A stretch of DNA of 64,000 bases from Eledone cirrhosa. Its lineage: Eukaryota. The stretch covers positions 37,696,001-37,760,000 of the forward strand of contig OZ024742.1 of NCBI GenBank assembly GCA_964016885.1. Direction: 5' to 3'. Shown piece after piece: positions 37,479 to 50,671 of this stretch. Position numbers and translations under genes: made by a program. Positions within the stretch are counted from its first letter, which is position 1; the number at the start of each line of letters is the position of its first letter. The notes beneath the pieces were generated by a model. The model was not told the DNA's origin. It saw only the letters and a program-made list of their open reading frames with translations, and did not search any database.

Positions 37479-40065
37479 CTGGTTGAAGATAATAAAACAA
37501 AACAGAAATGAAATATTAGAACAGAAACAACAAAGGTTTTAAATAATTGTTTCTACTTTAGGCACAAGGCCAGCAATTACCCAGTACATTACTGGTACTT
37601 TATTTTATCGACGCCGTAAGGATGAAAGGCAAAGTTAACCTCGGCGAGATTTGAACTCAGACCGTAAAGGGACGTAACTATGCTAGAGAGCATGGCGTCC
37701 AACCCTCTACCGATATTGCCAATAAATGATGGCAATAAAACAAAGAGTGGGAATTAAATTATAAGCAGATTGCAGCTAGTTTCTGATTTATACTGTAAAA
37801 GAAGAAAAGAAAAATATCCCATGATAAATCTGAAAGTACTTTTAAGTAAACAACACAATAACCAGGATACACCCATTGTGAACAGTTTATATTAGTAGTT
37901 TATCTTTTGATACTAATAGCGTAACTATGACTGATTTACTTAGTTGACTCAAGTGCTGAGAAGTGGATAACAAATATATTACTATATGTTATCTACTGAT
38001 GAATATAATTTATGATCATTTAATGTTTTTTTCTCTTTTGTGTGGCTAACAAAAACACTAAGGAACTGACAGGTGAACAATCAAATGACAATTCCTGTTG
38101 TAATATTTTACGTTAGAGTGGGAGGCTTGTATGCATATCTTTTAATATATTGACATAGTATTAAGATACAAATTTGATCTGTGATTAGGTAGGTGAGGTG
38201 ACCCGTTAAATACAAATCTACTTTCATTTATTCAAAATTTCAGCTACTCTGTCTGAAAAAAGATAGGATGGCTGTGGCTGGAACGTCTTTAATCACAGGT
38301 TTGCTTAATTAGGGCAGACCAGGGACTAAACAAGAATTCATTATATAGGAAGTGTCTTAATAAATAGGAAATAGAGTTAGCTCCCTTAAAATGATTGCGA
38401 GACAGGAGAGTAAAAAAAAAAAAAAATACAGAAAGCTTGAGACATCTTCCAACAAGTGGTTGATATTGACATAATTAACAGGGTTGACAAAATAAAGCAC
38501 TACAAATTCTGTTTTGATATAGTGGGTTGTTTGAGATACACCAACACATTCTTTATTATATGTAATCTACTAGTAAATGGGTAATCCATCCTCATGGTAA
38601 TACAGCACTTGAAAAAGACCGACCTTAAGAAAAGGTCACAACTTTGATAATTTAGTTTGAAATGTTTAACACATTAGCATTTACATTACTCTATATTTAC
38701 TATTGTATTTTTACAGTAAATACTCTATTTCACATAATAGTGAATCTATGAGATTTTGAGAACAATACCTTAACATAAGTTTGAGCAGCTGGTTATAGCC
38801 AGTTTGAACAGAAAGAGGTGAAAGAATTCTGTCCGGATACAATTAAATGCTAAAGGGTTAATCAATTGAGAAAGTACACCTATAATGAGGTAAACTTACA
38901 TAATCTGCTGCTTTTAGCATTCAAGCAGCTCTCTCTGATAGAACTGTTACTCTCTCCCCCTTCATTTCATCTTTATAGCCTTAATCCTTTCATTACCATA
39001 TTTTTAATGAAAGACACTCCTATGATTTTCAAATAATTTTGAAAATAATCAAGCATTTCATAACTTAACTTTATAATTATTCAGCTGATATTTGGAACAT
39101 AATGATATTTCTAATGAAGGACACTGCCTATGATTTTCACATCATTTTGAAAATAATCAATAATTTGGAGAGATTTAGTAATATAACAAACTTTCTCATT
39201 ATTAAACTGATATTTGAAGTATAGCTTAACAAAAGTTCTTATATATAATTATTATCACCCATTCAGCCAAAACCTATATATCTCTATGCATACACACACA
39301 TTTATATGTGTGTATGTGTTTGTCTTTGTGTCTTTGCTTCACATTGTACTACTTGTGCAAGTGGTGATGTTTGTTTGTCAGTAAATTGCTTTAGAAATTA
39401 TTTGAAAATCATAGGCAATGTCTTTTATTCGAAATATGGTAATGAAAGGGTTAATTAATCATTTGAAGGGCTAAAAACAGGACTGCTGAAAGATGACAGC
39501 AAAATTTATTTGGGCTGACAATAATACTGTATTAACTACTCAGGAAGTCTCTTGAACAAGTCAAGTTGTTTGAAAAAAAGGAGATGTGTTAGAGTTAAAA
39601 TACAACACAAAAAGGCAACTAATTAAGCAAAGTGAATGCTATTAAAATTGCATTTTAGGTACATAAAAATTTTATGAGGTGCACACTTATATTCTGATGG
39701 TTTTAAATAGGGGAAGAAAACATTTAAATTATTCCCTTTACTCATTTATGATCAGATGCCACTTAATAAAGTTAATTAGTTAAAAATCAATTAAGTGTGA
39801 AAATTTAGGCTGAATCACCAATAGAGATATGTTAATGATAAATTAAAAAACAAATGCAGTCTAATGACTGAAACCAATAAAAGAATTAAAAAAGTGCTTC
39901 TATACACTGCAATGGATATTTCCTTGAGATGAAATAGCATCGTTTTATCTAAAACAATGCTAATCTAATTAAATATATAAATATAAAAGGCTATGTATAG
40001 AAAGATGTTTCTGTATTTATGAGGGATTTCAGGTCTCTTATTTCAAATTTCTTAGTTGGTTCCTC

Positions 40066-40067
<2 letters not shown>

Positions 40068-40137
<70 letters not shown>

Positions 40138-40196
40138 CGTGCGTGCGCGTGTGTCTGTGTGTGTGTGTGTGTGTATGTGTGTGTGTGTGTGTGTGT
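40068..40196. repeat. (GT)n microsatellite
   Basis: Long GT run with a few GC interruptions. Confidence 0.95.
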
Positions 40197-40986
40197 AAGA
40201 AATGGGAAGTACAAATGTTAAAAAAAAGTATAGAAAAAATAAACTTTAATTATAATAAATTAATACTCAATAACAAATAAAAGGTTTTCCCTTTCTTTCA
40301 GCTGGTTAAGCTGGTTTTCATTAAAATACCTATTGTGTGTATCTCATTTAGAATAGGCAGACCATATACCTGTCTGTCATAAGAAACAACTAAAAGGGTT
40401 GATATCAAGAAGGGAATCTGGCTATAAAATATTGCCTCAAAAAATCCCATCCAACCCATGCTAGCATGGAAAAATCGGTGTAAAAATGAGTGATGATGAT
40501 AATTCTATGGTTGTTATATTTCAATCGTAATTTCCTGCACATCAAACCACATTAGCAAGATCTTTTTGAAAAGTATAAACTGCATTATGTAAGCACATTA
40601 AAGATTAAAGTCTTTACTCTAATACTGCACATTTTCACAGCAATCTGTTCATTAGTAAAGATACTATAAAAATTTGAATTAACAAACATGTTTTTAGATA
40701 TTTTCTGCTAAACCTTTACTGGATATTAAGAGTTAATATTGAAAATTTTCACAACAATCAGTTCACTAAGTGAAGATACTAGAATCATTTCAATTATCAA
40801 ACTTGTTTTTAGATATTTTCTGCTAAATTATTACAGGATGTTAAGAGTTAACAAGCATAAAAGTGCTTGGTGATGCCTGAGAAATAAAAGCAATTTAGAC
40901 CAAATGTTTCTGATGTTTTCTGTCACCTTCATTGCTATACTTACTGCCAAATTATCTCACAAAATGTGTAATATATAATTCATATT

Positions 40987-42181
40987 ATAATAATAATAAT
41001 AATAATGAAATTATTGTGTACAGTGCTCAGGTGCACTACAACTCATCAAAGGTGCATGTATAGTACATAGAATAATGTACAAATGTCAGGAAAATAAACA
41101 GTGTATGAGTCATGATATAATAACAATAACAATAATGAAATATTGTGCACAGTGCCCAGGTGCACCACAACCCATCAAAAAAGTGCATGTACAGTACATA
41201 GGGCAATGCACAATCATCAGTAAAATGAACAGTGCACGAGTCATGATACACACGTGTGCATGTGTATGGAAGGGGCACATCAGGTGTAGTTTTGGCGTAT
41301 TTCGGGAAGCATGAGTGTCTTAAAGGATGCAGTGTCTCGGCAGCTAACAATTGACGCAGGCAGTTTGTTCCATGCTTCAGCAACTCTGAGCGTGAAAAAA
41401 TGTCTGCGAAAGTCATGGGAGCTGTGCTGTTTTCTTATCTTGTAGGCATGTCCACGTGTGTTAGACACATGGAGATCAAAGAGGCGCTCAGGGTTGCAGT
41501 TGGCGAGATGGTTAAAAACTTTGTGGGTATTCACCAAGTCCATTGCCAGACGTCGGAGCCTCAATGAATCCATGCCCAGGGAAGCAAGGCGTTCAGAGTA
41601 TGGTAGGTGTCTGATGGAGGGTATGCGCTTGGTTGCACGTCTCTGAACAGTTTCCAGGAGGTCAATGTTCCGAGCAAGATAGGGGTTCCAGACTGATGAT
41701 GCGAATTCCAAGTGTGGTCGCACCATAGCTGTATACAGTTTTAAATAGATGGCTGGAGAGCGGCTAACAAAGGTCTTGCTGAGTGATGCCAAGACACCCT
41801 CGGCCTTCTTGACAATCTTAGAGACATGCTTTGTCCAACGCAAATCGTTGCTGACAGTAATGCCCAGGTCACGTTCACAAGAGGACTTTTTGATGTCAGT
41901 GTTGTGGAGGGAGTATGTGGACGCTGGATTTTTCCTTCCAAAATGCATGGTGGTACACTTGTCCACAGCCAGCTTCAGTTGCCAGTCTGTGATCCATTGC
42001 TGCATTGTGTCCAGGTCTGATTGTAGGAAAGAGTTGTAAATTTCAGGATCAGTCCTTTTGATTTCAAGGTACAGCTTGATGTCATCTGCATATTTTAGTA
42101 CCGTGGCATTCTGTAAGTTGGCATCTATGTCATTAATATATGCCACAAACAAAAGAGGACCAAGAACAGATCCCTGTGGTA
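40987..42181 (-). mobile_element. CR1-clade LINE, 5'-truncated, with an open 290-aa RT C-terminal frame and two tandem 3' ends
   Basis: PQGSVLGPLLFVAYIND, KYADD, ERDLGI, LYTAMVRPHLEFASSVWNPY and VQRRATK. The 3' UTR is present twice (41134-41280 and 41005-41117) with (ATT)n tails. Confidence 0.92.
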
Positions 42182-44574
42182 CATATTCTTAGAGTATATT
42201 TCAGACAAATAGTAATACTAGACCACAATCAATTTAATGCTTCTTGTAAACATCTTCGGTAAATTCCAAGTTATGTACAGGCCATTAACATTTAACAACA
42301 ATGTCTTAAATTTCAAACATAAACTTTCAGACTTGTTAGTTGTCAATACTTCAATTATAATAATTAAAAGTCTGGTTCAATTACAATAATTTATTAAATG
42401 ATCAAGCTCCCTTGATCATACACATATTCAGAGTAAATAACATATGTAAAGTTAGCCTATCTTTTGATAACATGAATTTGCAAAATGAAAATGGATATTA
42501 ACAAATATAAGCTTTTAATCTTTAGAAGTACACTGCTTAAACATGAACTATATATTCTCTGGGCTCTGGTTATCCTTAGAGAAATTTTATTGTTGAGCAT
42601 TCATCCTGCGAATTTTGAAAAGTGAATGCATATTTATCTGATCATATAGCAGAGAAAATGTCGGTTAGTAGTAGTATGGACATGAGTAATGGATATCATT
42701 AGTTATAGATGATGGTAAGTGGAAATGGTTAATGTCAACAAAAAATCTCAAGAGAGGGAGACTGAGTGTGAGAGAGAGAATGATGTGAATATAGTGAGAT
42801 TGGGATGTCAAAGTAAGGGGAGGATGGTAGTAGTAATAAAGAGAGTGAACAATATGATGATGATGATGATGATAATAAAAATAATGATTTCTACTATAGG
42901 CACAAAGCCAGTAATTTCGGGCGGGGGGGGGTTCGATTAAATCGACGTCAGTACATTAATCATAATAATAATAATGGGTGATGTAGAGGAATTGGATACA
43001 GACAGATCAAATAAGCTCTCTTGTTATTCAGTTAGTATGGTGTGGTATCACATAGGAGTCATCAGTAGGTAGAAACTTATATATATATTAGTACAAACTT
43101 GGTATAAATATCCATGAGTGAAGAGCATTTGGTCTGTAGGATGAGTTATGTATAATCAAAGAATGAGTGCATAGCATTACAGCAGTAATAAATAATACAC
43201 ACACACACACACATATATATATATCATCACCATCTTCATCATTTAACACACGCACATTTATATCATCATCATTATCAACATTTTTAATTACTTTTTTTCA
43301 ACGCTGGCATGGGTATGATGGACTGTCATGATCTGAGTCAGTTCTTTTTTGGAGTTAGTGTCCTCTTAGATGGGCCATAGACCATGTCTTGCTTTTACCT
43401 AATACATAAAGTGAAATATACTTACTCTAGGTGTTCTAGATAAAAAAAAATAGTTATTTGTATATTACAAAGAGCTATTTGAATCATCGTAACTGCTGCC
43501 ACATTGTAGAAATTTATACTTAACCAATTTTTCCTTATTGCTTCTACTTTTTGCAAATTATTAATTATATGATCCCCACCCTATCTCTCTCTCTCTCATA
43601 CACACACACACACACACACATACATAACAAACATTCATACAAACACAAATTCTATATATACCTTAATATATCTATCCCTTAATATGATAACGTTACATAA
43701 ACATTCAGGTAAACTGCACTCACTTGCATCATTATTTATTTAGGACTACATAAATATTTCTTTTCACATTGCTAACATTTAGGAAAATCTTTTATTATTA
43801 CTTTTCATTAATATTTTGGTGTTTTTATCAGAAGTTCTGTGTTTATGTATGAGTGAAACGCTTCCTAATCAGTGTCAATTTTTAAATTGCATGAAAGGAA
43901 TTTTTAGCTATTTTCTATCCTATTTATAAAGGCATAAGTATGGCTGTATGGTTGAGTTTGCTTCACAACCACAACCACAACCACATAGTTCTGGGTTTAG
44001 TCACATTGCATGGTACCTTAAAGAAGTGTCCTTCAACTATAGTATCAAGTTGACCAATCATCATTTTACATCCATCTCTGCATGTTTGCATGGGCAGGAA
44101 CAGTCTTTTCCAGCACATCTTCCCTCCATATGTGTGTGTGTGTTCATGTCTATGTTTATGTGCCCCTTCTCCAATATATATTGATTGATCAAATAAGTAC
44201 CATCAGTAAAATTATCTATAAGCATTGGGGTTGGGGCTGATATGATTGACTAAATCAAGGTGGTACTCCAGCATTATGACTGAAACCAGTAAAAGAAAAA
44301 AAATATGTAACAAAGGTTATTAAAAATATTCCATGAAGCTATTGGCTTGTCTTCGTAATATTATGACATCATGTGGTATTGAACACCAGCTGCTGTTCTA
44401 ATTGAATGAAATTGCTAAAATTATACTGGTTTCAAAATAGCATCTGGTCTTTTCTTTCATGTTCACTTAAATATATATATATATATATATATTTATTCAT
44501 AACAACAGACATTGCTGCATGGAATATCACACACCAGCTGTTTGGCATAAGACATAAAATGTATTACATCTGAA

Positions 44575-45372
44575 ATCATCATCATCATCATTTTCTTCAA
44601 CATTTTATGCCCATTTTCCCAGGCTTTCATGGGTTGGATGGGTCTTTTCCAGCACAGTATCCCCCTACTTACTCCAATCCTTCATCATCTTCTCTTTGAG
44701 ATTCAGCATTCAGAAATCAGCTCAAACCACTTCTGTTTAGGTCTTTCTCAGTCCTTGCTTACTGCAGCTTCCTCCCACTTGGATCTTTTGGCACTTCTTT
44801 GCTCAACTATCATCATCCATATACCTCACACTGCATCTGATTCTTCTTATATCCAGATTTTCTTTCAGCTCACCCATACTTTGCTGTTCATGCACATTAA
44901 CATCACACCTCCATCAGCCTCTGCATTCACTGTCCATGTCACACTGCCATGCAGGCATTATACAGTTGGTCTTACATTTGTTTGGTTTATAGAGTGAAAT
45001 CTTTTGTTGTCAGCAGAGGTAGTAGCTCTCTTCCATCCTGTTCTTAATTTAACTTCTATGATTTCAGGGCAACCTCCTCTATTGCTAACTAGGTCACCTA
45101 GATAAGAGAAAGTATCAACTATTTCTAAGGTACCTTCCTAGGACTGGAAAGAGTTTATTTCACTGGCACACTTACTACCAACTATTCCTGTGCATCTGCC
45201 ACAAATGAAGTCTATCTTTTCTGTTAGCTTGCCTACAATCTTACTACACCTATTATTACCCTTATTTTACATTGTGTACATTGCATAGAGTTTCTACCTA
45301 CTCCTTTTCTATATATTGAGCATGATTACTTCCCTGGTGGAATTAAAGTCTTATCTTCTTTCCTACTTACTG
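44575..45372 (-). mobile_element. Old, decayed RTE-clade LINE with a PHD-finger remnant
   Basis: Homologous to 25440-26270: RKGVGRNSMQC...FICGRC and F.YLGDL are recognisable; (GAT)n tail. Another fragment lies at about 59060-59455. Confidence 0.7.
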
Positions 45373-46491
45373 TGAATAGACATTTCAAAAGAGGGACTAA
45401 AAACTACTTTTGTATTTTATAACTAGAAGACAATACAAATAATTTATTTCACATTATATACTGTCTCATCTGCTAAATTTGAATGGTTATCCTATTTTTA
45501 AATATCCAACATAAAAATGTTCACATATATATATTTGTGTGTGTGTATGTGTGCATGCGGGTGCATCTGTGTCTATGTCTCGTAACTTAGCAGATTGACA
45601 AAAAGATATCAATAAAATAAGTACCAGACTTGGAAAAAAGAAACCAAAAACAAATACTAGGGTTCATATGATCGACTTTAAGGTAGTATCTCAGCATAGC
45701 TGAAGTCTAATGACTGAAACTAGTAAAAGAATAAAAGAATTTATTTAGATTATAACTAATGCCTTTTTACCAAGTAAATTTAGTGCATTATACTTCCTTC
45801 TTATAAAATAAACTAGTTTGTAGAAGAGTGTAGATTGGTTAGTTTTAGGTTTGCAGAGCATGAATTCTCTCTCCGTTATTGGTTTAACATTATTTTCTTG
45901 AATAAACTATTTCTCTATTGCTGGAACCATGCGATGACATATGCACATTGGAAAAGCTCTCCCACATTGTCTAGGCATAAGTTATTGTGATAGCAATGGT
46001 GGTGGTTGATGTAAAGAATAATTCTTAGGGCAGAAACAAAATACTTTTCTTAAGTATTTAGTTTTATTGGCATAAAGGTTTAAGTGAGTTTAACACCCAC
46101 TCTCTCACACACACACTATCACTATATTTGCCTATCTCTTCTCATCATTTCCATCATTCTACATTTGTTTTCTATGCTGACATGGGTTGGCCAGCAAGTA
46201 GACTAGGTCACTTACCACTAAACTAAGTTATACTGACTGAGAGTTCAATCCCCAGGTTCAGGTATCTATCTATCTCTCTCTATATATTCTAGCTTAAATG
46301 GGACATGTAAGAAAAATCACATGTAACTAATTGATAGAATACACTTGGCATGGACAATGAAACGAGGACAATCTATCCACCTGGCTTGAATAAAGAGTTC
46401 AGTTTGAAATTCTAAGACTAATACCAGAGACAACAAGTATCTCAAGTAGGCTGGATGATATAACATCCAAAGAAATCAGTTTATAATAATG

Positions 46492-46698
46492 TTTTCTGAT
46501 TTTGGCACAAGGCCAGCAATTTTGGAGGAGGGAAAAGTCCATTAAATCGACCCCAGTGTGTGACTGGTACTTTATTTTATCGATCTCGTAAAGCTAACCT
46601 TGGAGGGATTTGAACTCAGAATGTAAAGGACCATAACTCTATGCCGCAAAGCATATTGTCCAACGATCTTCCAATAATGCCAATCCACCGCCATTAAG
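46492..46698 (-). mobile_element. tRNA-derived SINE with 16-bp TSD, followed by an older copy to ~46872
   Basis: tcagtttataataatg at 46476-46491 and 46699-46714. Confidence 0.8.
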
Positions 46699-47933
46699 TC
46701 AGTTTATAATAATGGTTTCTAATTTAGGCACTCGGCAAGCAATATTTTTGAGAGGAGGAAAAAGTTGATTAAATCGATCCCAGCACTTGACTTGTACTTT
46801 ATTCTATCAACCTTAGGAGAATGAAAGAGCTGTGACTAAATGTCAAATGCATTTTGTCCAACACACCACCCTTAACAATATAATATATAAACAATATAAT
46901 CTGAACACTTTTAACTATTTATAGACATACTATATATATAACCATATTTCTAATGAAATACACATACATTAATGAATTATTGTATGAAGTGTTTGGAGGC
47001 ATTTACTAAAATTGGTATTTATTTCATGATTAAGATGGCATTTATAACATAACTTCATAAAAGTTTCCTATATCAGTTTATGTTGGAAGATTTTAATCTA
47101 ACTATGAACCTTTAAAAATGGGTGGATTTGTTTGATAGAACCAGAGGCAGTTTTCGGCAGTGATAATAAAGTGATTAAACTCTTCAGAAGAGTTAAATCA
47201 CTTATTATTAATTAAAAGGTTTTTTTTAAAATTAGAGCTGCTAGCTCTAATTTTTAAAAACCCTTTAGGAACTAACCCACTTGAAGCTACCATTGGATTT
47301 TTTTAAATACAAAACTTCTCATTTGAAAGTGATTATATTTAAATTGAAACTTTCCATCATAATTTTATGTAAGAACCCTTTATTACATAATATTCAAAAC
47401 ATTGGCTTAATGAAAGCTATTTTATTAAATTCCTCAAAATTTTCTATTATTTTCAAAATATACTGAAACACATTGGCAGCGTATTTCATTAGAAATATAG
47501 TAACAAACTTAAGTAATAAAGTGTGTTTGTGTACGTGTGTATGTGCTTAAATGGAAAAATGAGAAAAGGAGAGTAATTGACTGGTAATAGAAAGTTCATT
47601 GTAGATAAATAGAACTGAAATTTAATCTATGTTTAATAATATAATCCAAAAGGCAGTTTGTTTAGATTTCAAGTGATTTACTGTAATTATGAAATAGACA
47701 CTAAACAGGAGCTTAGTTATGGACAGACAACACATACTAAACAATATAATCTGAACACTTTTAACTATTTATAGACATACTATATATATAATCAAGAATA
47801 GGAGATATGTAAATGTATGCGAATAGAGGGTTGAAAATGAAGGGGATATAAAGCAAATGTGTTTGAAGATAGTTTCATCATTATCATCATCATTGTCCAT
47901 TTTGGACTGAAATCTTATTACATATGAGATAAT

Positions 47934-48120
47934 TGTTTCTACTTTTGGCACAAGGCCAGCAACTACCCAGTACATTACTGGTACTTTATTTTATCGACCC
48001 CCGTAAGGATGAAAGGCAAAGTTAACCTCGGCGGGATTTAAACTCAGATCATAAAGGGAGGTAACTCTATGCTTCAAAGCATGGTGTCCAACCCTCTACC
48101 GATACTGCCAATCCACCGCC
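47934..48120 (-). mobile_element. tRNA-derived SINE with perfect 18-bp TSD
   Basis: tattacatatgagataat at 47916-47933 and 48121-48138; A/B boxes on the minus strand. Confidence 0.88.
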
Positions 48121-48364
48121 TATTACATATGAGATAATATTAGATTTCAGTAGTTGAATATGTCTTTTGCTATTAAGTTAGTTCACTTAACTTTTTATAA
48201 TTGTTGATTATTTTTATAATTAAAACAGAAAAGCAATATATTCTTGTTAGAAATATGGTCTTGAAAGGGTTAAGATTCAATCCAACCAATATTATTTCTT
48301 TTGCTTGAAGAAGAGCTTTGTTGTCCAGAGAACACATTTTAGGAATGTTGTTGACAATTTAAGG

Positions 48365-48950
48365 AGCCTAGACGCAACTGACTTTCCATCTCAACTGAAG
48401 CCAGCAGGCCTAGACCAGAGATGGCAAGCGTCCTGATGGAATCACCCTCTTCCTATTTGAAGGAGGTAAATCCCTTATCTGGGACACCACCTGCTGTGGT
48501 ATGTTCTCCGCCTCCAACTTAGTCACTTTGGACACAAACCCTGGCATCGCGGCCCACCTCGCAGAAGAACATAAACAAATACCAGGGTTTGTCCGGCTGG
48601 TTCCACTTCACACTGGTTGCCGTCGAGACCTCAGGCATATTTGGACCCTGTACAGCTGAGCTCCTCTGCAAGATTGGAATGTCGGCGGACCGTCTGAGGA
48701 AGGAGCCCGCGAGGTTGGGTGGCTGTTGCAGCATGTGTCACTGGCCATTGTCCGCGGGAATGCTTTTGCAGTCTTGTCTGCAGCCCTTTTATACCCATGC
48801 TCTACGCCCAATCACCCCTCCCCTCTCTTCTGCGACACCAGAGTTCTTGCCATCCCCTCCTCTTCCCGTTCTTTGTTTTTTTGTTTTTCTCTTTTTTCTC
48901 TATATTTTCCTATTCTTTTTTTATTATTGTTATTATTACTGCAAATAAAA
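48365..48950 (+). mobile_element. CRE-like non-LTR retrotransposon 3' fragment (RLE domain)
   Basis: Across frameshifts: DGKRPDGITL...GGKSLIWDTTC...AAHLAEEHK...VAVETSGIFGP...LQHVSLAIVRGNAFAVL, a PD-(D/E) endonuclease with the AIxRGNA terminus. The clade assignment is from memory. Confidence 0.7.
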
Positions 48951-50257
48951 ATGTTTTGTATTTAATGACTATATTTCTAATGAAATACACTGCATTTTAA
49001 TAAATTAATGAAGAATTTGGAGTGATTTACTAAAATTATTAATTGTTTCATTATTAAGATAGATGGTAGTAGATTGGCAGTTATTAGAGCACTGGACAAA
49101 TATTTAGCAGTGTTTGTTCTGGCTCTTCACATTGAGTTCAAATCCTGCCAAGGTCAATTTTGCATTTCAGCCTTTTGAGGTTGTTAAAATAAAGCACCAG
49201 TCAATATAGTTAATTTTTCCCTTCCCCTTAAATTGCTGGCCTTGTACGAAATCATTAACCCTTTAGCATTTAAACCGGCCATAATTCTCTCACCTCTTTC
49301 TGCTTAAACTGGTTGTAACTGGCCATTCATACTGATGTTAAGGTATTCTTCTCAAAATAAATAAGATGTGAGATAATTATATGAGGTAAGGCCTTTACCA
49401 TGAAATTATAATAGTAAATATGTGTGTGTGTATATATATAATGTAAATGCTAAAGGGTTAAGGTGGTATTCATAATATAACATAACAAAAGGTTCTTATA
49501 TAAAACTATATTAGGAGGTTATAACTTAAATAGGAACCCATTTAAAACAGGGGCAGGGGTGTTTCATAGAACCTGAGGTAGTTTTGGGTGGATTGGCATC
49601 AAAATAGTTAACTCTAATTATACACAAACTTCAGAGTTTTGAATACTCTAGCATAAATGGGGGCAAGGTTAAATTTCCTTAAGAATAACTGTAGCATCAC
49701 TGAATGTTCTTATTTTTTACATATATGCAGTACATATACACACACATATATATATATAGATATATAGTAGCTGCAACAGAAGAAGTTGAAGTTATCTACA
49801 GTTTGCCAAATATGAGTAACATATCAGCAAATTAACAGAATCTACCAAGGAAGATACTTCCTGTTAATACTAACCATCCCTCAGGTGTCTGATAATATAT
49901 TTTTAATTTCTATTCCATTTAACTAAACAAACTGACTTGAAAAAATACATGAAAAGAGAACATGTGTGTAAACTATGAATATTCCTGTTCAGACATAGAT
50001 AGCTATGTATATGTGTGTGTGCATGGTAAAACATAGATAACTATGTATTTATATGTGTTATATATGTGTTAACACTTTTGTGACTATTTCTAATAAAATT
50101 CACATTATTTCAAATAATTAATGAAGAATTTTGAGGGATTTACTAAAATTATTCATTATTTCATTACTCCCTTGCTAGAAGAGAAGACCTACATTAAATG
50201 ATGATTATGACGTTGATTATATATATATATACACACACATACATACATACACACATA

Positions 50258-50671
50258 GTGGATTGGCAGTATCGGTACAGCGTCAGACACCATGCTTTGC
50301 AGCATAAAGTTATGGCCCTTCATAATCTGAGTTCAAATCCCGCCGAGGTTAACTTTGCCATTCATCCTTACGCGGTCAATAAAATCAAGTACCAGTCATG
50401 CACTGGGGTCGATTAAATCGACTCTCCCTCCCCCAAAATTGCTGGCCTTGTGCCTATATAAGAAACCATTATCAGTTCTTGCAGTGGATTGGCAGTATTG
50501 GTAGAGCGTCAGACACCATGCTTTGCAGCATAGAGTTATGACCCTTTACGTTCTGAGTTCAAATCCCATCGAGGTTAACTTTACCTTTTATCCTTATGGG
50601 GTCGATAAAATAAAGTACCAATAATGTACTGGGGTAATTGATGGCCTTGTGCCAAAAGTAGAAACAATTAT
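50258..50671 (+). mobile_element. Two tandem tRNA-derived SINEs (plus orientation)
   Basis: gtggattggcagtatcggta...ctgagttcaaatccc...ctggccttgtgcc. Other plus copies at about 33178, 49066, 54170 and 62623; other minus copies at about 27135, 37546, 58078 and 61215. Confidence 0.85.

Noticed and set aside
40056-40280. Cys/Val-repeat ORF, and similar low-complexity ORFs at 30428-30725
   Set aside because: Microsatellite translations with no splice or homology support.
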